Shown one piece after another: positions 13,760 through 25,718 of a DNA stretch of 64,000 bases. Position numbers and translations under genes: made by a program. The DNA lies in NCBI GenBank assembly GCA_951804945.1, contig OX638160.1, positions 41,354,001-41,418,000 of the forward strand, in the 5' to 3' direction. The first letter of the stretch is position 1; the number at the start of each line of letters is the position of its first letter. The notes beneath the pieces were generated by a model. The model did no database searches, was not told the DNA's origin, and was given only the letters and a program-made list of their open reading frames with translations. Source of the DNA: Podarcis cretensis. Its lineage: Eukaryota.

Positions 13760-14991
13760 TAATCCAGTTTTACTAGCAAACCAGAGGTTAAACTTACCCC
13801 TTTCCAGCCCTGGGAGCAGTGTGGGGAGAGTTCCCACAACACTGCAGTCAACACACTAACATGTCATGACAAAACAGTTTGGAAAGCTCTGGTACCAAAC
13901 TGGTATATGGAATTGCATCCCAATATTCTTTTAAAGCGAATCTATTTAGTTTCTTTAAAAATTTCTGGGACATAAAAGCATTCTTATGTGTACTTGTTAA
14001 GGCAACACTTGCAGAGTTCTGTAATTAATCCTGACAACCATCTAAAGATCAAACTGATGTATGCTATAAAATACCTAATGCCACTTGCTAGGTCATTATG
14101 ACCACTTATTTCAGTCATCTGAGTAATAGCATGAAACAGCTAATGCACTTCACTCCCTCCCCTGGCCCACCCATTCATTCTTTTAGAATCAGTTATGGTT
14201 CCAGAGTTCTTGTGAAATATCTTCTTTGGATATTCGTTGCAATACGCAACTTCTCGCTCTCGTTTAACAAAGGTTTAGCACCACAATGGTTTCTGAAACT
14301 TATGAGATATGTTCAATCTTTTAATTGGCTTTTAAAGTAAGTAATCAATTGAAAGATTGAAATTAATTCTGAAGACCGAGATCCACAGAAGTGAGACATT
14401 TTTACTACTCGTGCAACAAAACTACTGTTTGCATCTTTATGCTAGCCAACATATAATATAACTCGAGTCTCAGGCTCGGTTTGCATAACTGTTTCAGCCC
14501 GCACTAACTTTTCTTGCTGCTGTTTCAAATCAGATCATGGCAATTTCTAGCTTGTGCTTCCACAAGATGACCCTGGAGTGTGTATGCTGATTTTAAAGTA
14601 CTTCAGCTTTCCTCATCTGGCCGTAAGCACTGCATGTAGTATAATCAGTAATTCCCTTCCTGTCAAGCAGGCCCATAAATACAATCACAAAGAAAGAATA
14701 ATGTCTTATCTGGTATGTCCATGGTTATAGCTGACACTTCCCAGTGAGAAATCAACATGATCATTGAAGCATCTTTTTCAGTTATCACATGCATTGCTGC
14801 CAAGCGCAGCATCTCTGTAACCATTGATGTGCCAGTCCAGCTGCCAATTCCCCCGAACAACTATATCTATCAGACTGCTTCACACAAGAGAATTTCAAGT
14901 GTCTCAACCAGCAGCGGTATGCAAACAGTGAAGCCATGTAGTTGACCTCCAGAATATATTGGATACACTTTTGTAGTTGAAGTAAATTAAA

Positions 14992-15320
14992 CATACCCTC
15001 CAACATTTCTCTGATGAACATAGGGATGAACTACTACTACTACTACTACTGATTTTATTATTGATACCCCAGCCATCTGACTGGGTTACCCCAGCCACTC
15101 TGGGCAGCTTCCAACATATATAAAACATAATAAAACATTAAACATTTAAAGACTTCCCTATACAGGGCTGGCTGGATAACTCCATACGCCGCAACATTTC
15201 TCTGATGAAAGGAGGGACATCCTAAGGAAAATTGGGATATTCCGGGGTCAAATCAGAAAGTGGGACAGCTTCTGAAAACCCAGGACTGTCCCTGGGGAAA
15301 AGGGACACTTGGAGGGTCTG
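14992..15320. mobile_element. hAT-like composite MITE with duplicated left end and captured L2 3' end
   Basis: CATACCCTCCAA...TTGGAGGGTCTG termini. Left end repeated at ~15183-15220. L2-tail segment ~15055-15170, also seen free at 35921-35990. Confidence 0.75.
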
Positions 15321-15340
15321 AATCAAATTGTACTGTAAAT

Positions 15341-15789
15341 CTGCAGGGAACAGAGGGAAAGAGAGGTAGGGACTCTCCTCCCTGGAAGAGAGGGGAGTGG
15401 CTGTGGGCGGAAGCCCGAGCTCCGCCCTTAGCAGGGGGCATTAGCCCCCTGCCTCCTCCTCTCACCTGGCTGGCGCCCACGCCCCACGGCAGGCACCCAA
15501 CCAAGTGCCTCCGAGGGGGCGTTCACTGCAGCCTTTTGTTCCTGCTTGGCGGGAGGCCATGGCACGACCCTCGGTGACATCAGGAGAGAGCCTATAGTTG
15601 GATTAGCATCAACAGGCTCCACCTACTGGTGAATAAACCCCCTTGTTTTAGACATCCAATGCCTAAGCCAATACCTTTTTCACTGCTGTAATCAATAAAG
15701 TTGTGGCCTTTTCTTGCCCATTAACCTTATATCACGTGTCCTTGCGTATTGATTTCACATTGCGGGGGTCGGGTCCTCGAACCACAACA
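15341..15789 (+). mobile_element. LTR-like or tyrosine-recombinase retroelement (DIRS/Ngaro-like) terminal repeat fragment
   Basis: GC-rich promoter-like 5' half, AATAAA at ~15632 and ~15694 (tcaataaagttgtggcc), ends ...ccacaaca. No TSD found. Confidence 0.45.
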
Positions 15790-16459
15790 AGAATCTTTGT
15801 TGTACTGCCATACAAATACTGAATTTAAAAATTTCTGTTGGAAAGAATGGGAGCATGGAAATGCTTAGCTGTCCTCATATAACACCAGGCGGAGATCTTC
15901 ATCGAATCAGCTGAATGGCATTAACTACAGCAACTGGGTGAAATGAGGTAATGAGAATGTTCAGCATGCTAGTGACCTTATCATGCTAATATACATGTAG
16001 ACTAATTCATGAATCTATATATAACTTCCAATGGGCAGTGCTTATAGCTACCTGGCCCTACACCACACTCAAATAGTTTGTTCAGTATAATAAGCTCTGT
16101 TTTCAGGACACAACAACAGAATCAGTAATTGTGTAAGGCCATATGGTATACAAGCTCTGACTCAAAAGCCAAATTACTTCCTTATAATCAATAATAGAAT
16201 ACACTGCCGCTGAGCTACAGTGAAACTTTGAAAATGGCCTTTAGAAGTTTACATCAAAGAATCCACATCTATCAAGGGAATAAGACAATCCCCTTGGAAA
16301 GTTAAGGACTGCTCTGAATGTATTTTTTGTGTTTGCACCTTAAGGGCAAAGATTGCCTCTGAGCAGAGTGTGACTGGCTAATGACAGACTAGGACCCAGC
16401 ATCAAGGTGATCTTCTGAAATTTCAGGAACAGAGTGATCCCTTCTGAAAAATGGCAATA

Positions 16460-16685
16460 CAGTGGTACCTCGGGTTAAGAACTTAATTCGTTTCGGAGGT
16501 CTGTTCTTAACCTGAAACTGTTCTAAACCTGAAGCACCACTTTAGCTAATGGGCCTTCCTGCTGCCACTGCGTCGCCACCACGTGATTTCTGTTCTCATC
16601 CTGAAGCAAAGTTCTTAACCCTAGGTACTATTTCTGGGTTAGTGGAGTCTGTAACCTGAAGCGTATGTAACCCGAGGTACCACTG
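16460..16685 (+). mobile_element. Tigger-type MITE family A
   Basis: TA|CAGTGGTACCTCGGGTTAAG...CCGAGGTACCACTG|TA. Confidence 0.92.
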
Positions 16686-19600
16686 TAGTTTGGAATGATT
16701 GTAACCCTGAGCAAAAGCACTTGACAACGTTGTTACAGGGTCCCACTTGTGTATATGATTAGGTGTGTGGATGAGTGGGTGTGCATGTGCATCTACATCA
16801 TCATCGCCATCATTACTACCACCATTATTATTGATAGAGTTATGTTCATTCTACGTCTCATAACATGAGGACAGGTTCAATGCTCTGTTCCTTAAAAAGT
16901 AAGCTAGAAAGAAAAGAAAATATTCAGAAGCTAGGGGAGGGTGGTACTGTATATTGTACAAATCATGCTGCTTTTCATTTTGATGCTTATTTTACAGATG
17001 CATAGCGTGCAGAAATTCAAGAGATGAATATTTCCTCAGCATGAAGATGTAGTGATGAGAAACTTCATCCTGCTCAGCTTCTGCTTTTTTGTGCAGCTGT
17101 TAGAAGTATAACAACTACTCAAGAAGTATAGCAACTATTCAGAAATTAAAAAGGAGCCCACCATAGCTGCAGCCAGCAACATGCACAAATAAGATGATTT
17201 TGCATTTGGAAGTGACGAGTTACTTGGATTGAGAATATTAATAGATGAATCAGTGTGAATCAGCAGGATTAATCAAACTAATGCATTAATCAATTAATGT
17301 AGTGACTGCACATCAAAAGCAAAGCCTTGATTAAAGTGCTTAGCTCTGGAGGAAACCAGATCCACATCAATGTACTATAAGGGTGTTCAAGCTGCCGGCA
17401 CTGTCATTAACGGGCTTTAAAAAAAAAAATCTCTTGATTGCTTCGCTATTAAAATGTGGTGTGTTCAGAATCCTGTATGTTTGGATGAGGAAACACACAC
17501 ACACAAGAGAGAGAGAAATATACACAAAAAATATGCCCTGACAACTGATGGTTTTATGCTGGTCTTAAATTGTATTTAGCTGTTGTGTTGATGCTTGTTT
17601 TAGATAGATTTTCTTGCTACTTTTTTTATATATATAATTGGTATTTTGAATGTCTCCATAAAACCATCTTAAGAACCTAATTATGTGTTTGAGCACTCTG
17701 CTATGCTGGGCCTCAAAGCATCAAGGGCCTTTGCAGAATAGAGTCCCTAATTAGTGGTTTTACTTCCTTCTTGTTAATGTAGAACTCAAATAATATATTA
17801 CAGCATGTTTTGCTCCAGGCAGTTCAATCAAGGTGTGGAGACATAAGATTATAGTACCAACACTACAAATCCCATGGACGTTTTTGCCAGAGTGAAGTTG
17901 TTCATATTGGAATTCTGCCCCAAGACTGGGTAATTATATTCAAAACTACATTCCTTACCCATTGCCACTATTGCACAGTTTTCTTTTTTTAGAATAAATG
18001 CTGTGAGGGGGGTGGGCGCGACATTCTAAATACTGTGTACTATAAGGAAGAGCATGTACAAATGTACTAGCTCCACCCACCATTGCCATCCCTGTTGCCC
18101 TTCAATGCGTTTTTAATAAATCTTGCTACAAAAACATATAGCTTCAGTTGCTAATGCAGACCTCCATAAGGCAAGGCAGCAAAATGGAATGGAAACTATG
18201 AGACAACCAGCAATATTGCACACGTATTTGCATGTGCAGAATGTACCACCCATGTGTACCACTTGCCACTGTAATCTGTGTCAGTTTGTATAACTGCTTT
18301 TTTCTACATAGGACAAAGAGGAGGCAAGAGCACAATTAAGCATGTGCAGGATTTGTTCAGAAAAACAACTGTTATCTGAGACAATACTCACACTTTCTAT
18401 GATGAAATAGGGAGGAAAGGCAGACCACTCTACAAAAATTAAGTGGCGGGTTTTGCACATTCCTATATGTGGTGCACACTACAAGCCAAAACAATATTTC
18501 TACTCAGAATTAAGTCCCAGTGTGTAATTGTGTATAAAATTGTCACCTCAATATGAGAGATCTACATTGCTTGTGGGGGGTGGGGAACTATTTAAAAAAT
18601 CACTACTACTATCTTTTTTGGACAGGATCGTGAATTTTCATTTATACTGTAATAGCTCAAAGTTCAAAATTTCTTCAGAAATTAATAGGGGGGGGGAGAG
18701 ATACTTTGAAGAACAGAGTTTGATGCTCATAATGATAAGGAATGTTCTTAATTGTAGAAAATGCCTCTTAGCCGGAACATTTATCAGTGAAAACTGAATA
18801 GCAAACAGTTAAAACCAACAGCAATTTTTTAAAAAATGAATATAATTCCTAGCTAATCTTGAAGTATGGTAAAAGCATGTGATTGGCAGTACAGCAACAA
18901 TAAAAACAAGAGATGGAGGTTTACCTTTATTACAATGTTATTAGTTCACTGTTCAATGGTAATTAGATTCCATTTTGATACCAAGTCATTTTTTAAAGTA
19001 TTTGGTCATCAAATATTTACCAAATGTAACATTTTCAAAGGCACTGCTCATTTTAATGAGAGTAGGCCTTTTAATCTTGCCTGCTAAATGAAGTTGATAG
19101 AATAAAGGAATCTCAACAAAGGGAGCATTAGGTTTCTACACTAATTTTATGCACTTGCAATCCTGTTATGAAATATAAGGGACAGAAAGTCAAAAGAGAG
19201 AGAGAGAGAGAGAGAGAATGTAAAACCAATTCAATAAAGAGTTTTCATTAGTTAGGAAACTTAATTTAATATAAGAAGTTTAATAAAAGTGGAATTGTGA
19301 GGTAATGGTAAAAGCATTCCTATGAAAAACTTAAAAGTGTATATACCATGAACTGTCTTGAGGTAATATACCACATGACTAACAGAGCAGCCTAGACACA
19401 GAGTTACAGCCATTAACTAATTACTGAGTTGTCGGGGGGGGGGCTCATTATTCCATGCATATGAAAAAAAAACTGTTGCAGGAACAAAAATAAATTACAT
19501 CATGTTTTCTTGAATTTGAAAACAGAGCCTACCAAATACTACCAAAATATGACAACATCAGCATATTTTATAAATTGTGTTTTTAAAAATGTGATGACTG

Positions 19601-19891
19601 AATGCTTACAGGCTTCCAACTGTACGAATTAATTCAACAGGAACCTCAAAAATCTTGGCATTTGGAGTGGTACCATATGGTTTTTGAGACTTTTTTTCTA
19701 TTTAAGTCTGGCTCACATACTTGCATTTCTAGAGAAACTGACTCTGAACCAACAGTGTGTGAATGTAGCAGATAGGACCACTATCAGAAAACCAGCAATC
19801 ATATCTATCATCTGTTCAACTGAGAAAAAGAAAGGGGGGGAGAGGGGGGGAACCAATCTCCACTCTTCGTTCCAAACAACTTATCATTGTA

Positions 19892-20052
19892 CAGTGGACC
19901 CTCTAGTTACGTACTGCTCTGGATTTGTAACTTTTGGGTTATGAACGCGGCAGAAGCGCGCCGCGCGCAGAAGCGGCACCTCTGCCTACGGACTTTTCAG
20001 GTTGCAAACGGACCCCTGGAACTAATTTAATTTGTATCCGGAGGGTCTACTG
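19892..20052. mobile_element. Short Tigger-type MITE
   Basis: TA|CAGTGGACCCTCTAGTTAC...GTATCCGGAGGGTCTACTG|TA. Confidence 0.8.
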
Positions 20053-20081
20053 TATTTGATAGTTTTCTGATTAGGCTATAA

Positions 20082-20350
20082 GTGCTGTGGGTTAAACCAC
20101 AGAGCCTAGGACTTGCCAATCAGAAGGTTGGCGACGGGGTGAGCTCCCATTGCTCAGTCCTTGCTCCTGCCATCATAGCAGTTCGAAAGCACGTCAAAGT
20201 GCAAGTAGATAAATAGGTACCAATTTATCAAATAGGGCCAAATAGGGCCACATGACCCGGAAGTTTTACGTCGGCTCCCTCGGCCAATAAAGCAAGATGA
20301 GTGCCGCAACCCCAGAGGCGGTCATGACTAGACCTAATGGTCAGGGGTTT
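20082..20350 (+). mobile_element. Sauria SINE with two internal deletions
   Basis: Head gctgtgggttaaaccacagagcctagg. Lacks the B box and ~70 nt of core; 3' part ggacctaatggtcagggg-like. Confidence 0.88.
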
Positions 20351-20601
20351 CTCCACAGCACCTGTTTGTACATGCAGAATACACATATGAAAACCCTGAT
20401 GCTTTCACATATGTCCCTTAGCTACATATTAGTTTGATATGGGGAAATGAACACTTAGAAGCCCAGCAACAGGCTTTGTGACCTCACTTGTAAAAAACAC
20501 AGAAAAACAGCACTGCCTCTATCCATAGCCACATGGTTTTAGCCTCAATCTATATGCATATTGCAGTTTCTTTAGAAATGCTCCCGTTTGATACATTTCC
20601 C

Positions 20602-21079
20602 TGTTAGTATTTCACGCTTCCAATGCTGCACATGAGATTGGTGTACATCACATGCCTGTCTGGAAGAATGTGGGAACGGAAAACAGTCTTATCTCTTCCA
20701 CTGTATGTACTATTTGTGTTGTACTTTTGCTTTTACTTCTGCCTGTTCTCTCGGAGCTGGAGAGAGAGAGACGCCATGATTCCTGTGTCTGTACATTGTG
20801 TGTAAATAAATACATAGATTAGCTCTACGATGTCTCACGCTTCTTGCTGTGTTATGCTAGAAAATTAGTGTATATATATCATTTGATATATGTCGCTGAA
20901 GCGCACTGGAGAAGAAAGGAAATGCCTTTTCCAGAGCTGCACTTGGAGTTCGGGGGCTGCAGGGGCACCCCAGCTTCCACCCAGTTTGAAAACACAGGCT
21001 ATGGTTAAGCTGAGATAGGGCACCGTTCAGACAGCCATCAAGCATGCACAGCTGACAGCGTATGCACAGATAAACAACA
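20602..21079 (+). mobile_element. Probable solo LTR
   Basis: TGTT...AACA ends, near-TSD TCCC/TCCT, AATAAA at ~20805 following a CT-rich R-like segment. Confidence 0.45.
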
Positions 21080-21822
21080 TCCTTGAATAGGAGTTCAGTA
21101 GCGGGGAATCAAAGCAGGTAATTTACATTGGGTGAAGACACTTTACCCCCTCTCTGGTGTATACAACAAGTGCAAATATGACTTGAAATTGGCGCACAGG
21201 GTTGGGGAATGGGGGGGGGGGGGGGCGGGGATGACCTAACTGTGTTTTAAGCCACTAATGTGCAGAAAGCCTAAACCAATTAAGGATTGCCACCAGTGCA
21301 AATGGTAACTTTGGTTTTGGTAGGAAGGCAGGCTCCTGAGCAAAGTATATTGAAAAATATGTTTAAAACGTCAAACATGAAGGTTTAGAAAATGGCAGGT
21401 ATAAAAGAATTGCCCGTGTTTATTGCTGCCATGCTATTTTTATGACTTGCATGAATTCTTTATGCTTCAAAGCATTATAAGACGTCATGGTAAAATAAAA
21501 AAATTAAAATGTTGATTTAATAAAGCCTGTGGTGCTTTTTTAAAATAAGTTGTGCATGCTAGAATGACTAAAACATCCATTTTGACACTAGGTTATAATT
21601 TGGATACGAAAGAAAGATTTGTGTTAAACTGCAATACTTTATTCAAGCACAATGAAATACTTCCTGATTTATATACGCAGCAACATGATTACATATGCAC
21701 ACATTATTTTCAAATAAAAGTAAAAATATTACATAGAGATACACATACAGAATCATATATGTGCAATAGAAACACACATATAGAATCATAAAATTGGAAG
21801 GGATCTTAAAGATCAGGTAGAC

Positions 21823-21945
21823 CAGGCATGGCCAAACTTGGCCCTCCAGCTGTTTTGGGACTACAATTCCCATCATCCCTGTTAGCTAGGGATGATGGGA
21901 GTTGTAGTCCCAAAACAGCTGGAGGGCCAAGTTTGGCCATGCCTG
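21823..21945. mobile_element. Palindromic hAT-type MITE (123 bp) nested in a CR1-type tail
   Basis: 58-bp arms with one mismatch and a 7-nt loop. CAGG...CCTG ends; imperfect 8-bp TSD AGGTAGAC/GTGTAGAC. Host tagaatcataaaattggaaggg... begins at 21781. Confidence 0.9.
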
Positions 21946-23335
21946 GTGTAGACCAAGCCCCTGCTCTAGGAGGATACAATTATAGCATCTCTGACAGATG
22001 GCATACAGCCTCTTCTTAAATATTCCAGCCAAGGTATTCAAAACGTGGACCAAATGAAATCCTTGAATATCCTAGTCAGCCTCCATCAGTGCAAAAGGTA
22101 GCCAGCAGCACATACAGCAGTTTCTCTCTTTGGCATTCAGTGTGGGTCTTTATCCAGACAACACGACACATTAAATTTTCTTATCTCAAAGCCCTCTAGG
22201 AACTTACAGGGCATGTTGGTCCACATCTGAGAATTATTAAAATGCCTTTTTTCTTTTCCATTTACAGACTTATTCAAATATGCAAAGAAGCACTCCCTTA
22301 TTTTTGTACGCCTGGTTTCTCTTCCAAAGTGATATGCCTCCAATAATTTGAGTTCCCTTTTAGAGGGAATTATGATACAACTGCAAATAAAATTAAAAGG
22401 CATAAGCAGAATTTAAATGTTGTGGCAAATTGTTTTAATGTGAACTAATTTAGGCTACCTTAAGCAGATGCAACAGAGGACAGGTCAACTGTACCTCTAA
22501 TAGCTGTATAGGAATTTTTCAAGCTCATCGTATCACAGTGCTTATATGAGTAAACAGGGAGGGGAGAAGCAACACCTGCAAAGGGGTATTTTTACCTTCT
22601 AATGGAAGTCACCATGGGGGAAACTGGCAATCATAACTACGTGGTAGAACTGGGATAATAGGGTTTAAAATCCACTAGCTCTCTTCCAAATGAATGTCAT
22701 TTACATATTCATACAAAGACAATGTAATATCACCACACTGGATGGATTAAAATGTATTTTGATCTATCACAAGATCAAGTGATTTACAAAAGGGGGCTTT
22801 AATGCATTGTGAAATGTGATATTTGTGCACACAGGTAGTAGCACAACTGACTGTGCAGCTAGCTATTAAGTGGAAACAGCTGTTTCCAACCTCTAGAGAA
22901 ACCTCACACCTGACTTCTGATTAATATTCCAGCTCCACTATATGCAGGCTAGAGTACCGTAATTGTAATGGACACAAAAATAATTCATTTGGAAACAGAG
23001 TGAAACAAACTAAAAACATGCAAAACTCTGCCGTGTGCTCAATTATTACTGGTGTGGGAAGGAGGGGGTCTGGCTACAATCCAGTTCCCAGCAAAGGGAA
23101 TTTATTTGTCCAGTCAAATTCACTACCTAAAGGATAGCTTCCAAATACATTGTGTCATCACCACTGAATGTTATTTCTGAAGAATACCAACTGCGTGTCA
23201 AATTTGTACTGGTATGAAGAGTGCTTAGGAACAAATTGTTTTTGTTCCACAGATAGAAACATGCAAGTATCCTGTGGGCAGATTCAGTGGACAAGACCAA
23301 CAGTGGGTCTAACTGTTAAGAAGATTGCATGTACT

Positions 23336-23738
23336 CTAGAGGGAAGTGAGGGGCAGATGGGGCTTGGGAAGGCAGCCCAACTAGGAGAAGGAAAACTCTG
23401 ATCCTAAACATCGGCTGCTTTGCAGGACATCTTCAGGAGAAGAAAAGGCTAAGGAGTAAACCCTATACAAGACAGCTGGATGACGCCTTGTATGCCCCCT
23501 TTGCCAACTCCTGCACCCAAGCTGGTGCCAAATGTATTGCTCTGCTTTCCTATGGACCACATCAGCAAGACGGAGAGTGGAGTCTTGTTGTCCGGGTAAC
23601 CCAGGACCTCCATGCAGTCTGCTCAGGCTTGCACCCCAGGGAGGTCACTTTGGAGCTGTTAATGCAACAATTTGACTTCACCCCCCCCCCCAGAGGGGGC
23701 ACTCCATTGTCTCTTGAGACAGACAGATGCCAACAACA
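23336..23738 (+). mobile_element. RTE-related non-autonomous element
   Basis: ggcagcccaactaggagaaggaaaactctga resembles RTE 5'-UTR motifs; ends agacagatgcCAACAACA tail. No RT ORF. Confidence 0.55.
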
Positions 23739-23749
23739 TATTCAATGGC

Positions 23750-23858
23750 ATTGCAGGTCAATGCCTGTATGGGACAGCTACATATTCCTGCTAATTCAGG
23801 GCGTTGGACTAGATGATACTGAGGGTCCCTTCCAACTCTACAATTCTATGGTTCTATG
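23750..23858 (+). mobile_element. Truncated Squam3-like SINE / CR1 tail
   Basis: catattcctgc...gttggactagatgat...gggtcccttccaactctacaattctatggttctatg. Confidence 0.7.
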
Positions 23859-25519
23859 GCAAGTTCCAGATTCCAGTGGTTTTCTCAATGAAGCCTGGAG
23901 AGAAGTAGGAAATACTAGTGGTATAAAAAAGGGGAGCAGGAAGGAGGTAAGAAGGGATGACAAACAAAAAAGGAAGGTGGAACCACACAGGAAATTGGAA
24001 GGTTTAATGTGGACCAAGACTTACTAGAATTCAAATAACCGGAGTGTCATCTTTCACCTTCATGTTACAGCTGCACAGCTGTGGCTGAGATGTAAACAAT
24101 TTACTGAAGACCACACAATAGCAACAATGAGACGAACACAGGTCTGTCATATATGCTTCATTTTGCTAGGCTAAACTTGCTCATAGGTCCCACAACTTTT
24201 GCAAGTAGCCATTTGTGGGGGGGGGGAGAGATTAAACACTAGACCAGGTGTAATATATTCATGGGGAAATATAAAAATAATAAATAATAACCTTTTCAGA
24301 ACATCTCCCAGCACAAACACACTCTCTCTCATTCTCTAACTCTCTCTCCTCCCCCCCCTCTCTCTCACACACGCACATAATGTCATCATACTCATCTGTA
24401 AAGTATTCATTTCTTTCAAATCATTATATCATCCTGAGTTGACCTACATGTGGAAATGTTATGAAAATAAACTAGGCAAAGCTGCTAAATGGTGCTCCTC
24501 CAATAAGCAACGAAGATCAAGCCCTGGGGTTGAATTTTAAACTATTTTTGTTCTGCGATACATCATACACCAATTGCCCTGGAGAGCTGCACAAAACAGA
24601 GTAAGAAATAATCTGGAAATGTCTGCAGATAATTGTTTTAACAACAAGAAAAAGGAGGAGAGGGGGAGGAAGAAGAGACCCATAACTCAAAACCAACAGT
24701 ACTTTTAAGCCAAACACTACCCATGGGAACTAAAACTGATGATTCTGTTAGATACCCAAATGTATCGTTATTGAATTCTAGAGAACAGAACATCTATGTC
24801 ATTATGGATGTATACATGAAATGTGTATAATAGGCTTTGGTTACTCTGAGCTTCTGGAACTCTGCACCAATAAATAACTTCTGTGATGAGACCAAAGTTT
24901 GAACACTGCATTATAATTTATACATTGCACTTTAATGGGTTTTTATTGTGCAGAATCTTTCATTCCTTTTACTTTTCACACAAACAGGGAAAGAAAAATT
25001 GAGACTTGTAGTACATTAGGAAGCAACGAAGATGGAAGTGAAATAAGTGGTGGGAACTTGCAGGTACCTGTCCTATTGCTTAGAAGCCTCTGAAAAATCA
25101 TTCTTTTTTTCTCGGGACTATTTATGTCTTAAGGTCAGGGTTGGCACCACACTTTAGGGAGCCTTAGACACAGTGCTGAAAATGCTCCCCTTGATCCTGG
25201 CAACTCTGCCTACTCTTGAATGGGAGGGTGTTAAGCACCTTCTCTCCCAATGTCACCTCCTCTCCAAAACTAAGGGCAGGACACTATTTTGTGTGAGGCA
25301 GCAACAGCACACCCTCCCACTGGTCTGTATCCACTACCCTGTTAGGACCCCAAAGCTATTTCAGCACCACTGCTTTTGAGCTTGACCCAAGCTCAGCTCC
25401 CATCAGTGTTCGAAATTAGCCAGGCGCAAGGCGCATTTTGCACCTGGCTATCAACCACTTGTGACCAAGTAAAGATGCCTGGGCACCAGGATCATTGGAT
25501 CATGGGTGCATGCTTAAGG

Positions 25520-25718
25520 AGTCTCAAAGTGGCTAACAATCTCCTTTCCCTTCCTCCCCCACAACAAACACTCTGTGCGGTGAGTGAGGCTGAGAGACTT
25601 CAGAGAAGTGTGACTAACCCAAGGTCACCCAGCAGCTGCATGTGGAGGAGCAGGGAAGCGAACCCGGTTTACCAGATTACAAGTCCACCGCTCTTAACCA
25701 CTACAACATGCTGGCTCC
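25520..25718 (-). mobile_element. tRNA/CORE-like SINE with L2-type tail (older copy on + at ~42085-42385)
   Basis: Minus strand: gagccagcatgttgtagtggttaagagcggtggac...ccgggttcgcttccc...gctgggtgaccttggg. Confidence 0.75.

Noticed and set aside
21200-21232. G-rich tract with G-quadruplex potential
   Set aside because: Mostly a poly-G homopolymer, common in this window and prone to sequencing error.
23488-24027. 179-aa ORF
   Set aside because: Runs across two unrelated repeats and unique DNA; no domain or splice support.
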